Source: Alphaproteobacteria bacterium (lineage in GTDB: Bacteria; Pseudomonadota; Alphaproteobacteria; Thalassobaculales; Thalassobaculaceae). Taken from it: a stretch of 64,000 nt of DNA. The translations under genes were made by a program, and so were the position numbers. The stretch lies in assembly GCA_024742605.1 (NCBI GenBank), contig JANSYC010000002.1, forward strand, positions 7,238 through 71,237, given 5' to 3'. This document shows positions 28,816 to 38,258 of this stretch, one piece after another. Position 1 is the stretch's first letter. Each line of letters begins with the position of its first letter. The notes under the pieces were generated by a model, which saw nothing but the letters and a program-made list of their open reading frames with translations, ran no database searches and was not told where the DNA came from.

Positions 28816-29204
28816 TCGCCCCCCGGTCGTCTCGGTCGGTTTACAGCACGGTCCTTGCTCAAGGTCCGTACGACCCACAACCGTTTCAGCCCCGGAAAAC
28901 CGGGAAACATCGTTCCTGTCTCATGCACGCCGACCGACCACAGATACCGTTGGTAGCGGAGTGTCTATTCGCCTTTGGAGTCTTATCGCCGACGGCTACG
29001 GCTTCCGTTTCCGGGACGAACCATCCTAGAGCGTTACCGCTGAACAACTTTTCTAGCAGAGGTCCAAAGAAAAACAAAGATTTCCGGACTCGCCTCCCAG
29101 GACTAGGATCACTAGAATAAAAATCGCGCCAATTTGGTCTATTTCCAGCGCCCTATGGATCGTATTAATCATGGGGTCGTGACCGGGGCAAAAGGATCAA
29201 AGAC

Positions 29205-29564
29205 ATGCTGGCCTGGCTACGGTCCATCGTCGGGACCACACCCGCGGCGGATCGCCGAAAATTCGCGCGTTACGCTGTACCGGCGCCTCTTGAGGTGACC
29301 GCCGGGGGCGCCGTGCATTCCTGTCGGGTCGAAAATGTTTCCGCGGGCGGCGTTCGGTTGAGCCCGGCTTTTGAGGTTTCAAAAGATGACGAGATCACGG
29401 TCACGGATCCGGGGTCGGGGCTTGCCCTGGACGGCCGCGTGGTCGGCTCTGATCCGACCGGCGTTCGGGTCAGGTTCGAGTCGGAAGATGCCGGAATCAT
29501 CGTGTCCGCATGGCTGAGGATCAGCAACGAGGCAAATTCAAACAAAGAGGAGGCCGAGCGATAA
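29205..29564 (+). CDS. Stand-alone PilZ domain protein (c-di-GMP receptor-like)
   Basis: 119 aa. RRKFAR (RxxxR) followed by VENVSAGG (D/NxSxxG), with the spacing expected for PilZ. Confidence 0.75.
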   Translation: MLAWLRSIVGTTPAADRRKFARYAVPAPLEVTAGGAVHSCRVENVSAGGVRLSPAFEVSKDDEITVTDPGSGLALDGRVVGSDPTGVRVRFESEDAGIIVSAWLRISNEANSNKEEAER

Positions 29565-29604
29565 ATCGCGCGGCCTCCTGACCGACTGATCTAGTCAGGT
29601 CTCT

Positions 29605-30312
29605 TCAGGGAACGTCGACCAGGACGATCTCCGAGGTCTCCTCGGCGAGGATTTCGATCTCATCCTCGTCTGTGATCGCCACCCCGTCTCGGGCCTTCAC
29701 CGGCTGTCCGTTCACGGAGATCGTGCCCACAGCGGGAACCAGATAGGCTTTGCGGCCCGATCCCAAGGTGTGAACCACCTTCTGACCCTTGGTGATCGTG
29801 GCACCTAGGACAGCGGCGTCCTGATTGATCCGAAGAGCGCCGGAATCCTGTTCCCGTCCGGAGGCCAACACGACCAGTTCACCGGCCCGATCCTCCTTCG
29901 GGAAGGCCTTGGCGTCCCATCGCGGCTCGTGCCCGGCGGCATCCGGAAGGATCCAGATCTGGAAGATCTGGGTCTCGTCCGGCTCCTCATTATACTCAGC
30001 ATGCACGATCCCGGTCCCGGCGGACATCACCTGCACGTCCCCGGCCTCGGTGCGGCCACGATTGCCCAACCGGTCCTGGTGGGTGATTGCACCTTTGCGG
30101 ACATAGGTAATGATCTCCATGTCCCGATGTGGGTGCGGATCAAACCCTGTGCCAGGCTCGATGGTATCATCGTTCCAGACCCGCAGAGCGCCCAGGCCCA
30201 TCCGGTTGGGATCATTGTAGTGGCCGAAGCTGAAGTGATGGCTGGCATTCAGCCAGTCGATCTTGAACTTGCCCAGCCCATTGAACGGACGAATGTCAAT
30301 CATCGCCTTCAC
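29605..30312 (-). CDS. Pirin family protein
   Basis: 235 aa. HHFSFGHY...GFDPHPHRDMEIITYV.KG...H.D..GN cupin motifs characteristic of pirins. Confidence 0.85.
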   Translation of the reverse strand: MKAMIDIRPFNGLGKFKIDWLNASHHFSFGHYNDPNRMGLGALRVWNDDTIEPGTGFDPHPHRDMEIITYVRKGAITHQDRLGNRGRTEAGDVQVMSAGTGIVHAEYNEEPDETQIFQIWILPDAAGHEPRWDAKAFPKEDRAGELVVLASGREQDSGALRINQDAAVLGATITKGQKVVHTLGSGRKAYLVPAVGTISVNGQPVKARDGVAITDEDEIEILAEETSEIVLVDVP

Positions 30313-30330
30313 TCCTCTTTCTCGATAGTC

Positions 30331-30933
30331 TCAGCCGGCTGCCAGCTTGGCGGCGATTCCGGCCACATGACGGCCCTGGAAACGGGCAATCTTCAGCTCC
30401 GCATCGGACGGCTGACGGCTGCCATCCGGCCCGGCAATCGTTGCGGCGCCGTAGGGAGAACCGCCACGTATCTCGCTGATATCGGTCAGTTCCGGCACCG
30501 AGTAGGGCACGCCGACGACGACCATACCGTGGTGAAGGAGCGTGCTGTGAAACGATGTGGCGGTCGTCTCGCTGCCGCCCCCGGTTCCGGTCGAAACGAA
30601 CACGCTTCCGACCTTGCCGATCAGCTTGCCTTGCGCCCACAGTCCACCCGTCTGGTCCAGGAAGTTGCGCATCTGGGATGCCATGTTTCCGAACCGGGTC
30701 GGCGTGCCGAAAATCACCGCGTCGTATTCGGCGAGTTCCTGTGGGCTTGCAATGGGAGCCCCTTGGTCGAGCTTGATGCCCGCCTGCTTGGCCACGTCGT
30801 CCGGCATCAGTTCCGGAACGCGTTTGACCGTGACAGTCACCCCGTCAACGGACGCCGCACCCTCGGCGACCGCTCCGGCCAATGTCTCCACATGTCCGTA
30901 GCTCGAATAGTAAAGCACCAGAACCTTGGCCAT
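30331..30933 (-). CDS. wrbA: NAD(P)H:quinone oxidoreductase, WrbA flavodoxin-like type
   Basis: [19 protein letters not shown]...[10 protein letters not shown]...GGLW...GKVGSVF.STG..GG.E. Start at 30933 inside track ORF 30331..31005. Confidence 0.88.
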   Translation of the reverse strand: MAKVLVLYYSSYGHVETLAGAVAEGAASVDGVTVTVKRVPELMPDDVAKQAGIKLDQGAPIASPQELAEYDAVIFGTPTRFGNMASQMRNFLDQTGGLWAQGKLIGKVGSVFVSTGTGGGSETTATSFHSTLLHHGMVVVGVPYSVPELTDISEIRGGSPYGAATIAGPDGSRQPSDAELKIARFQGRHVAGIAAKLAAG

Positions 30934-31084
30934 CTCGATCTTCCTCTTCCGGAGTGTCTGTGACTGACAGCACAGATAGGCGTTGCGCCAAGAGATATAA
31001 ACCAATCAAAATGAGATTGATCGTTTCCACAAAGAAACAACAAAACCATTGAGATCGCATTGAGATGTTCGAAGGAGATCCAAG

Positions 31085-31999
31085 ATGAGCGAGAATCTGG
31101 CCGCCATGGCGGTCTTTGTCAGGGTGGTCGAGACCGGTGGATTCTCCCGTGCGGCGGAGAGGCTCGGAATGTCCAAGTCCGCCGTGTCCAAGCAGGTCGC
31201 CCGGCTGGAAGACCGTCTCGGTGCGCGGCTGTTGAACCGAACGACCCGTCAGTTGAGCCTAACCGAGGTCGGGGCCCGCCTGTTCGAACGCGGGCAGCGG
31301 ATCATCGCCGAGGCGGAAGCTGCAGAAGCCGAGGCCGGGTCGCTTCAGGCGCATCCGTCCGGACGAATTCGAATCAGCGCCGGTGTCTCGATCGGTCAGG
31401 ACCATCTGGCCCCTCAGGTTCCGGCACTCCTGGAGCGATATCCCGATCTGACCATCGATCTGGTGCTCAACGATCGATATGTGGACCTGGTGGAAGAAGG
31501 CTACGACCTGGCATTGCGGGTCGGAACGCTGGAGGACTCCGCACTACGCGCCCGGCACCTTTCCCCTGTCCGGGTGGTGACCGCGGCCGCCCCCGACTAC
31601 TTGGCACGGGCAGGCACTCCCCTACACCCTCGCGAACTGGTCACCCATGCCTGCCTGTCCTACTCATATGTGGAAGGCGGCACCGCTTGGAGGTTCGACG
31701 GTCCGGACGGCCCGATAAGGGTCAGGTTTCAACCGCGGGTTCACTGCAACAACGGCCATGCCCTTGCAAAGATCGCCGCAAAGGGATCCGGCGTCGTGCA
31801 TTTACCGACCTTTATCGCCTGTGATCACTTGAGCGACGGATCGCTGATCCCGATCCTGACTGCGTTCGAGCCCAAACCGACGGGTCTGCACGTGGTTTAT
31901 CCGCCGGGGCGTCCGGTGGCGGCAAAAGTGCGAGCCGTCATCGATTTTCTGGCCGAGGTCTTTGGCGATCCCCCGACATGGGACCAACCGACCGTCTGA
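31085..31999 (+). CDS. LysR family transcriptional regulator
   Basis: MSENLAAMAVFVRVVETGGFSRAAERLGMSKSAVSKQVARLEDRLGARLLNRTTRQLSLTEVG wHTH region. Divergent from wrbA-pirin. Confidence 0.88.
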   Translation: MSENLAAMAVFVRVVETGGFSRAAERLGMSKSAVSKQVARLEDRLGARLLNRTTRQLSLTEVGARLFERGQRIIAEAEAAEAEAGSLQAHPSGRIRISAGVSIGQDHLAPQVPALLERYPDLTIDLVLNDRYVDLVEEGYDLALRVGTLEDSALRARHLSPVRVVTAAAPDYLARAGTPLHPRELVTHACLSYSYVEGGTAWRFDGPDGPIRVRFQPRVHCNNGHALAKIAAKGSGVVHLPTFIACDHLSDGSLIPILTAFEPKPTGLHVVYPPGRPVAAKVRAVIDFLAEVFGDPPTWDQPTV

Positions 32000-32041
32000 C
32001 CGAAGACGAAGAGTGGTGCCAAAAAAGTGTGAAACGAACGG

Positions 32042-32368
32042 CTACAGCGCCATACCTTCGTCTTCTCTCAGGATGTCGACGGCCGCCGGTCCGCTCGGTG
32101 CGTTGAGGTGGTCCCAATCGCCGCCTTTGTGACGCTTAATCTCAACCGGTCGTTTGATTTGTCGGATCTGACGGATCAGCCCACGCAACGCGCCGGTTTG
32201 CACCCGTTCCAGGGAGTAGCTAACGACGACACCACCGTCGCTCCAACTCATATGCGCGAAACCGCTTTCGAAAACGGGGTCCACCTTACTTTCGATGGCC
32301 TGTCCAATACTTGACCGGGTTACGACCCGGCCCCTCTCATCAACCCAACAATCGAAAATATCGTCCAT
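32042..32368 (-). CDS. Small hypothetical protein (~108 aa)
   Basis: ORF 32042..32404(-). Start placed at MDDIFDCWVDERG (32368). No family recognised. Preceded by a strongly AT-rich spacer. Confidence 0.45.
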   Translation of the reverse strand: MDDIFDCWVDERGRVVTRSSIGQAIESKVDPVFESGFAHMSWSDGGVVVSYSLERVQTGALRGLIRQIRQIKRPVEIKRHKGGDWDHLNAPSGPAAVDILREDEGMAL

Positions 32369-32515
32369 TTTTGCCCCCGTCCGACGACCACCCTGCCGTG
32401 TCAAGACCTAGCAAAAGAAGAATTACCCGTCCAGAACTATCTATAATAGATCCACATGCACATACTATATTATGACACTTAATAGTCTTTCGAAAAAGCG
32501 AAGTTGTTTCAAATC

Positions 32516-34606
32516 CTATTGGCTTTCGCGTCGCCAAACCAATAACAGCCCCCCGATTATTGCAATTAATGCGAGCGCAGCCGGCAGAGCCGGGACCGAC
32601 AGGACGCCGGTCACCACGTAGTCGCCATTGGTCCGCAGCCCCACCCAACCGCGACCTGCCACGGACCTGTCCGCACCGACCCGCCGGATCGAAGGGACGC
32701 CATCGATCCCAATCCAACGGATGGCCCCTCCCTCTGCTTCAACCTGGGGGGTCAATAGGGCCGCTGTCGCAGCGACATCGGAGTACTCGATCGGATTCAG
32801 GGCACCAACCGCCACCAGAGTGCTCTTCGATCCGTCGGTCAAACGATAGAGACCCGGCGCGGTCACCGCCATCCGGCCGATTGCCAGGCCGGAACCATCC
32901 TCTTCCAGATCGACTGTGGTGACGGTTCCGTCGGGGGCCGTGACCTGGACCGGTTCGCCCCCCCCCTCAAGCTTGCGCCGGCGGATCTCGATGCTGCCAC
33001 TGTCGGAAATCGCGCGCAGGTCGTCCTCCTCCAGATCCGGCTCCCGCATCAGCCAATGGGCGGTCCGACGCAGCAACTCCGCCTGCGGCCCACCGCCCTC
33101 GTAGCCACGGCTCCAGAGCCACAAATGGTCGGACAGAAGGTGGGCGACACGCCCCTCGCCTACCCGATCGAGAACCAGGAGCGGACGGTTCTCGATGCCG
33201 GTCATGACCGTGGTTCCGCTAATCCCGACCGCATCGATCTGTCGGAACCAGCGGCCCCAACTCGGATCGGTGTCGGCCTGGCCCGCGCCCGCAAGATTGG
33301 CGGTCACTGGATGGCGATCTCCGAGTGTCGTGACACGCGGCTTGAAGCCGAATTCCAGCACCTCGCCGGTCGGCTCGGCCGGAAGCACCGTACCCAAGGG
33401 CGTGCGGGCGAGGCTCAGACGGCTCGCGAAAGTCGGCCCTGAGGCCTCCAGGAAGGCACCGCCCTGTTCGACGAATTCGGCAATGTTCCGAAGATACAAA
33501 CGGGGCAGCACTCCACGCCGTCGATATCTGTCGAAAATAATCAGATCGAACTCCTCCAGCTTGAGCTCGAACAGCTCCCGTACCGGAAATGCGATCAGGG
33601 ACAGCTCCCGGATCGGTGTGCCGTCCTGCTTTTCCGGCGGGCGGAGAATGGTGAAATGGACGAGGTCGACAGACGGGTCCGACTTCAGAATATCCCGCCA
33701 GGTCCGCTCGCCCGCATGAGGCGATCCGGACACCAGCAGCACCCGGAGACGATCCCGCACGCCGTTGACCGCCACGACCGCTCGGTTGTTCTGAAGCGTC
33801 AGTTCTTCGGCCCCTGGCTCGACCGAGAGTTCCAGGATGGTCTGCCCCCCGTGATCGATCGGCAGTTCCAAATCGGCCAGACGGTTTGCCGGCACCTGAT
33901 AGGGAACCGGATCCCCGCCGTCGACCCGCACCTCCATGGTGACCAGGGTCCCCGGAGGCACCGCAGGATCGATCACCTCCACGGTTGCCGTGACGGTCTT
34001 TCCGACCATGCCGAAGGCGGGGGCACGCTCGATCCGCAAGCGGCGATCCCGCTCACCCTCAGTTCCGGTCAGCAGAACATGAAACGGCGCGTCCAGAGGG
34101 TCGGTTACCGTTTCCAGGTCATGAACCTGGCCATCGGTGATCGCGATCACCCCGGCAAGCCGTCCCGCGGGAACATCCGCCAAGGCCGACCGAACCGACG
34201 ACATCAGACGGGTCCCGTCTGTTCCCGACCCGGAAGCTCCCGACGCCAACCCGCCATCGGTTACGGTCACGACCTTCGTCTGCAAACCATCGATCCGACC
34301 GAGCCGCTCCTGCAGGGCCGCAAGAGCGCCGTCCGTCTGGCGGTCCCGCACACCGATGCTCTGGCTGGCCGATCGATCAACCGCGACCACGACAACATCG
34401 TCGCGCGGCTCCCGGCGCTCGCCGATAATCGACGGATTGACCAACGCGAGCGTCAACAGCCCCAACACGACGGCCCGCAAGACCGCGCCCCGCGCCCTGC
34501 GCTGAAAAGCCAGCCCTGCTGCCGCGAGGGCCAGCACGCCAAGGACGACCACCACCGCCCAGGGCACCAAGGGAGAAACCGCGATTTCCATGGCGTTGGG
34601 GATCAT
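32516..34606 (-). CDS. Large membrane protein with vWA-like N-terminal region (last gene of the MoxR operon)
   Basis: 696 aa. N-terminal TM helices, VVVVAVDRSASQS (MIDAS-like DxSxS), C-terminal TM (LSVPALPAALALIAIIGGLLLVW). ATGA overlap with the upstream gene at 34603..34606. Confidence 0.7.
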   Translation of the reverse strand: MIPNAMEIAVSPLVPWAVVVVLGVLALAAAGLAFQRRARGAVLRAVVLGLLTLALVNPSIIGERREPRDDVVVVAVDRSASQSIGVRDRQTDGALAALQERLGRIDGLQTKVVTVTDGGLASGASGSGTDGTRLMSSVRSALADVPAGRLAGVIAITDGQVHDLETVTDPLDAPFHVLLTGTEGERDRRLRIERAPAFGMVGKTVTATVEVIDPAVPPGTLVTMEVRVDGGDPVPYQVPANRLADLELPIDHGGQTILELSVEPGAEELTLQNNRAVVAVNGVRDRLRVLLVSGSPHAGERTWRDILKSDPSVDLVHFTILRPPEKQDGTPIRELSLIAFPVRELFELKLEEFDLIIFDRYRRRGVLPRLYLRNIAEFVEQGGAFLEASGPTFASRLSLARTPLGTVLPAEPTGEVLEFGFKPRVTTLGDRHPVTANLAGAGQADTDPSWGRWFRQIDAVGISGTTVMTGIENRPLLVLDRVGEGRVAHLLSDHLWLWSRGYEGGGPQAELLRRTAHWLMREPDLEEDDLRAISDSGSIEIRRRKLEGGGEPVQVTAPDGTVTTVDLEEDGSGLAIGRMAVTAPGLYRLTDGSKSTLVAVGALNPIEYSDVAATAALLTPQVEAEGGAIRWIGIDGVPSIRRVGADRSVAGRGWVGLRTNGDYVVTGVLSVPALPAALALIAIIGGLLLVWRRESQ

Positions 34607-37371
34607 TGGCCGAGCCGCTCCAGAATCGAGGGGATATGGACCTGATCGGCCTTGTAGTTGCCTGTCAGCGCATACATCACAAGGTTGACACCGAAGCGGA
34701 ACGCCATCTCACGCTGCACCTCGCCGCCGGGGACGACCGGGAACTGGAACCGCCCGTCCCGGTCCCGTGCCCAGGCCGCCGCCCAGTCGTGGCTGCCCAG
34801 CATCACCGGGCTGACCTCGGTGGAGCCCCCGTCGCGCCGATCCTCGGAATACAGCGGCCCGCCGGAGTATCGGCCGGGAAAAGTGTCGAGCAGGTAGAAG
34901 GTGCGCGTCAGGACGTGATCATGCTGGACCGGTGCCAGCGGAGGAATCTCAAGATCCTTGCTGATCTCGATCAGCCGCTGAAGCCCGCTCCCCCTTCCGG
35001 AGCCGACGCCGCCGACTTCGTACCGGTCGCGGGTGTCGAACAGAATGATCCCCCCATTGCGCATATACGCGTTGATCCGGCTGACCGCCGTCTCCGACAG
35101 GGGCCTCTGGTCGGATGTGACGGGCCAGTACAGCAACGGGAAGAACGCAAGCTCGTCCAGTTCGGGGTCGACGCCGTAAGGCGCAGAGGGTTCTACCGCG
35201 GTGCGCTGGATCAGAATCTCCGTAAGCCCCCACAGACCGGCAAGACTCACCCGATCGACCTCCGAGTTTCCGGTCTGCACATACGCAAGTCGGGTCTCGA
35301 GCGATGCCTCTAGGGCGAAGAGCTCTGGATCGGTCGGTTTGTCGACGCCGCTTTGCGCCAGCGCCCCATGCGGGACGCCGGCAAGCCCGGCCCCCACTGC
35401 GGCGAGCAGGATCATCGACACGGACAGGCGCCGGAAACCGGGAATCAGCCCCCGGAGCATCAGACCGATCAGGGTGTCGACGATTGCCAGCAGCAAGGCC
35501 AAAGACAGCAGCCAGCCCTGCAGATCAAGATCACGGCCCGCTTCGAGGGACTGAGTTACTGCCCCGGACACCCGCAGATCCCGCGGACCGGAAGCCCCGA
35601 TTTCAGGCCCCAAATTGAGGGCCGTCCGGCTCGCCTCATCGCCGTAATATCCAGGGGGATGACGCGGTCCAACCGACCGGCCGGCCGCCCGATCGGACAC
35701 CGGCGGAAGCAGATCGACACCTGCCGGGACGGCACCCAAAACCCCGAACCCGTCAAGAGTTGCGAAGGCGGGAAGGGCCCGGTCCGATTGACCGCCCACA
35801 CCGCGGCTCAACGCCACGACACGCCGCAGCATCTCAACGAACAACCCGGACAGGGGCAGATCGCTCCAGTCCGCGTTCGCCGTGGTGTGGACCAGCACCA
35901 ACCAGCCGTCCCCGCGCGCGTCGGCGGTGACAATCGGTGTGCCATCCTGCAGTCGGGCCCAGGTCTTCTGATCCAAGTCGATCACGGGCTCGGCCAGAAT
36001 CTGGCGCGATACGGTGATCTCATCGGATACCTCCAGACCGTTGAACGGGCTGGCCGCGCCAAACGGCGCAAGGGAGGCCGGACTGGACCAGGACAAGGCC
36101 CCTCCAAGGGACCGGTCCCCCCGCCGCAATCGCACCGGAACCAGTTCCGATACCGCAAGCCCGCCCCGCTCCAAGCTCTCGGCGGCGAGCCGCGGTCCCG
36201 CGAAACGCAGCACAATACCGCCTCGTTCCATGAACGTCTCCAGGCGGTCCCGCTCCGCCACCGACACGCCCGCCACATCGGCCAGAACCACGACCGCCAG
36301 TTCGCGCTCCAAGAGGCTGTCGATCGAACCGCGCCGAATTTCCGTGAACGGCGCCAACGCACGGTCGAGGTAGAACAGTTCATCCAGCAGGGGCTGCGAC
36401 CCTTCGAATTCCGTGGCCGAGACCAGACCGATCGGGCGCCTCTTGAACCGTTCGTCCACCAGGAACACCGCACCGGCACTTCCCTCGCCCTCGATCTCCA
36501 GCCTGGAGACTTCGTTCCGCAATTCCGTCGGCAGTTCCAGGACCGCAGTTCCGGCAGTCGATCCGTCCTCGAACAGCCCGCCAACCCGTCCGACGACCCG
36601 ACCGTCATCGGCCACAGCGCGCACGGCAAACGACGCTTCGCCAACACCCAGCGCGCGTCGCGCGCTCAGCGCCAGACCCGTCGCTTCGATTTCCGGGACG
36701 TCGATCCAAAGCGGTCCCCCGTCATCGGCTTCGACCAGGACCAGGTCCCCGAGATCGGATAATCGCTCCGCCAGAACCGATGCGCCGTCCGCCGCAAGAG
36801 AACCTGCGATCCAAACCGAGACCAGGGAATCCCCGGCCGGGACGCCATCCAAACGACCGGCGGTCGCGGCCAGATCGTCGCCCCAGGGCTTCGGCGCCAT
36901 GGCTGCGACGATTTCCCGGACAGCCTGGGCCTGCCGGAATTGTATCTCTTGAGTCTCCCCACGCGCGGTCGTGACCAGCCCGACGGGACGGCCCTCCCGT
37001 TCCGCCTGATCGATCACCCGCAAGGCCCGGTCCCGACGCGCCTCCCAATCGCGACCGGTCGACCAGCCGTTCTCCATCACCAGCAGGATCGGCCCCCCCG
37101 GCGGCACGGAGGAGCCCGACGGTATCAGCGGACGGGCTAGCGCAAGGATCACCAGGGCGGCAATCAACAATCGCAGCAGCAACAGCCACCACGGCACTGC
37201 GTTCGGCGTGTCTTCCTTAGGGCTCAGCCCCTGAAGCAGTCGGATGGCAGGAAACTGAACCAACTGCGGCGCTGGGGGAATGACGCGGATCAACCACCAC
37301 AGGACCGGCAAGACAACCAGGGCGGCAAGCACCCAAGGAACCGCGAAAGCCAGAGGTCCGAGCTGAAGCAT
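34603..37371 (-). CDS. BatA_N (aerotolerance regulator N-terminal) / DUF4159-like large membrane protein
   Basis: Start placed at MLQLGPLAFAVPWVLAALVVLPVLWWLIRVIPPAP, the double-TM BatA_N signature. C-terminal NGGIILFDTRD...GSHDWAAAW resembles DUF4159 as I recall it. 922 aa. Confidence 0.7.
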   Translation of the reverse strand: MLQLGPLAFAVPWVLAALVVLPVLWWLIRVIPPAPQLVQFPAIRLLQGLSPKEDTPNAVPWWLLLLRLLIAALVILALARPLIPSGSSVPPGGPILLVMENGWSTGRDWEARRDRALRVIDQAEREGRPVGLVTTARGETQEIQFRQAQAVREIVAAMAPKPWGDDLAATAGRLDGVPAGDSLVSVWIAGSLAADGASVLAERLSDLGDLVLVEADDGGPLWIDVPEIEATGLALSARRALGVGEASFAVRAVADDGRVVGRVGGLFEDGSTAGTAVLELPTELRNEVSRLEIEGEGSAGAVFLVDERFKRRPIGLVSATEFEGSQPLLDELFYLDRALAPFTEIRRGSIDSLLERELAVVVLADVAGVSVAERDRLETFMERGGIVLRFAGPRLAAESLERGGLAVSELVPVRLRRGDRSLGGALSWSSPASLAPFGAASPFNGLEVSDEITVSRQILAEPVIDLDQKTWARLQDGTPIVTADARGDGWLVLVHTTANADWSDLPLSGLFVEMLRRVVALSRGVGGQSDRALPAFATLDGFGVLGAVPAGVDLLPPVSDRAAGRSVGPRHPPGYYGDEASRTALNLGPEIGASGPRDLRVSGAVTQSLEAGRDLDLQGWLLSLALLLAIVDTLIGLMLRGLIPGFRRLSVSMILLAAVGAGLAGVPHGALAQSGVDKPTDPELFALEASLETRLAYVQTGNSEVDRVSLAGLWGLTEILIQRTAVEPSAPYGVDPELDELAFFPLLYWPVTSDQRPLSETAVSRINAYMRNGGIILFDTRDRYEVGGVGSGRGSGLQRLIEISKDLEIPPLAPVQHDHVLTRTFYLLDTFPGRYSGGPLYSEDRRDGGSTEVSPVMLGSHDWAAAWARDRDGRFQFPVVPGGEVQREMAFRFGVNLVMYALTGNYKADQVHIPSILERLGQ

Positions 37372-37379
37372 GGAGACGC

Positions 37380-38237
37380 CTACTCCACCCGTTGCGAGAT
37401 AGCGGTGTGCAATGACAGCAGCGCCTGTGTCGGCGAGCGGTCTGTCACATGATGGCCGAAACTCCATCCAAAGCGGCGGGCAATGTCTGATAGCCCCGCG
37501 CGATGGGTCTGCAGTCGCCTGAGATAATCCTCACTCACCACCTCGGCGCGCCCCAAGAGATGCGATGTTTCATTTTCCAGACCTTCAAAACGCACCCGCC
37601 CGCTATAGGGGAAGCTCTCCTCAGCCGGATCGGTGATCTGCAGCAGATGACCCCGCACACCCTCACCTGCCCAGCGATTCACCAAGACGTCCAACTCCTC
37701 CAGCGGGGAAAACAGATCCCCAATCAACACCACGCTCGCGTGCCGCGACAGCGGTTCCGACACCGGCAGGGACCCGGCACCATCTCCGGTGGCGACCAGC
37801 AACTCCGCGATCGGCTCAAGCGCCGGACGTCCAGATCGGGGCCGCAGAGATTCACCCAGCAGCGCGACCCGCTCGCCACCCTCGATCAGCAAGACCGAAA
37901 GCGCCATCGCCAGAAGATCCGCGCGGTCCCGTTTCTGCTGGATGTCGCGACCGGAGCTCCAGCGCATGGAGGGCGAGGGGTCACGCCAGATATGAACCGT
38001 CTGCGCGGTCTCCAGTTCCTTCTCGCGGACAAAGGTCGTCTGGCCGGTCGCAGATCGTCGCCAGTCGATCAGCCGCGCGCTGTCGAAGGACTGATAGTGC
38101 CGGAACTGCCAGAAGGCGTCACCGCTGCCAACCCGCCGCCGGCCATGGGTGCCGGGCGCCACCGTCGCCGCCACACGCAGGGCCGCCACCAGCAGCGGCG
38201 GCATCTTGGCGGCAAGGGCCTCGGCATGATCGCGCAC
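37380..38237 (-). CDS. DUF58 domain protein (MoxR-associated, vWA-related)
   Basis: 285 aa. G.HGRRR.G.G..F...R.Y..GD..R.IDWR string (GTHGRRRVGSGDAFWQFRHYQSFDSARLIDWRRSA) is the DUF58 hallmark. Confidence 0.8.
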   Translation of the reverse strand: MRDHAEALAAKMPPLLVAALRVAATVAPGTHGRRRVGSGDAFWQFRHYQSFDSARLIDWRRSATGQTTFVREKELETAQTVHIWRDPSPSMRWSSGRDIQQKRDRADLLAMALSVLLIEGGERVALLGESLRPRSGRPALEPIAELLVATGDGAGSLPVSEPLSRHASVVLIGDLFSPLEELDVLVNRWAGEGVRGHLLQITDPAEESFPYSGRVRFEGLENETSHLLGRAEVVSEDYLRRLQTHRAGLSDIARRFGWSFGHHVTDRSPTQALLSLHTAISQRVE

Positions 38238-38258
38238 GCGCTGTCTCCGTTGTCCGCG

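Noticed and set aside
29093-29099. CCTCCCA (an anti-Shine-Dalgarno-like motif of AbcR-type sRNAs) in the spacer upstream of the PilZ gene
   Set aside because: There is no flanking stem-loop architecture and no terminator hairpin with a T-tract on either strand nearby. A 7-mer alone is not evidence for an sRNA.
29548-29579. Hairpin AGGAGGCCG...CGGCCTCCT spanning the PilZ stop codon
   Set aside because: There is no U-tract on either strand, so I did not list it as a terminator. It may still act as a weak bidirectional stop between the convergent PilZ and pirin genes.
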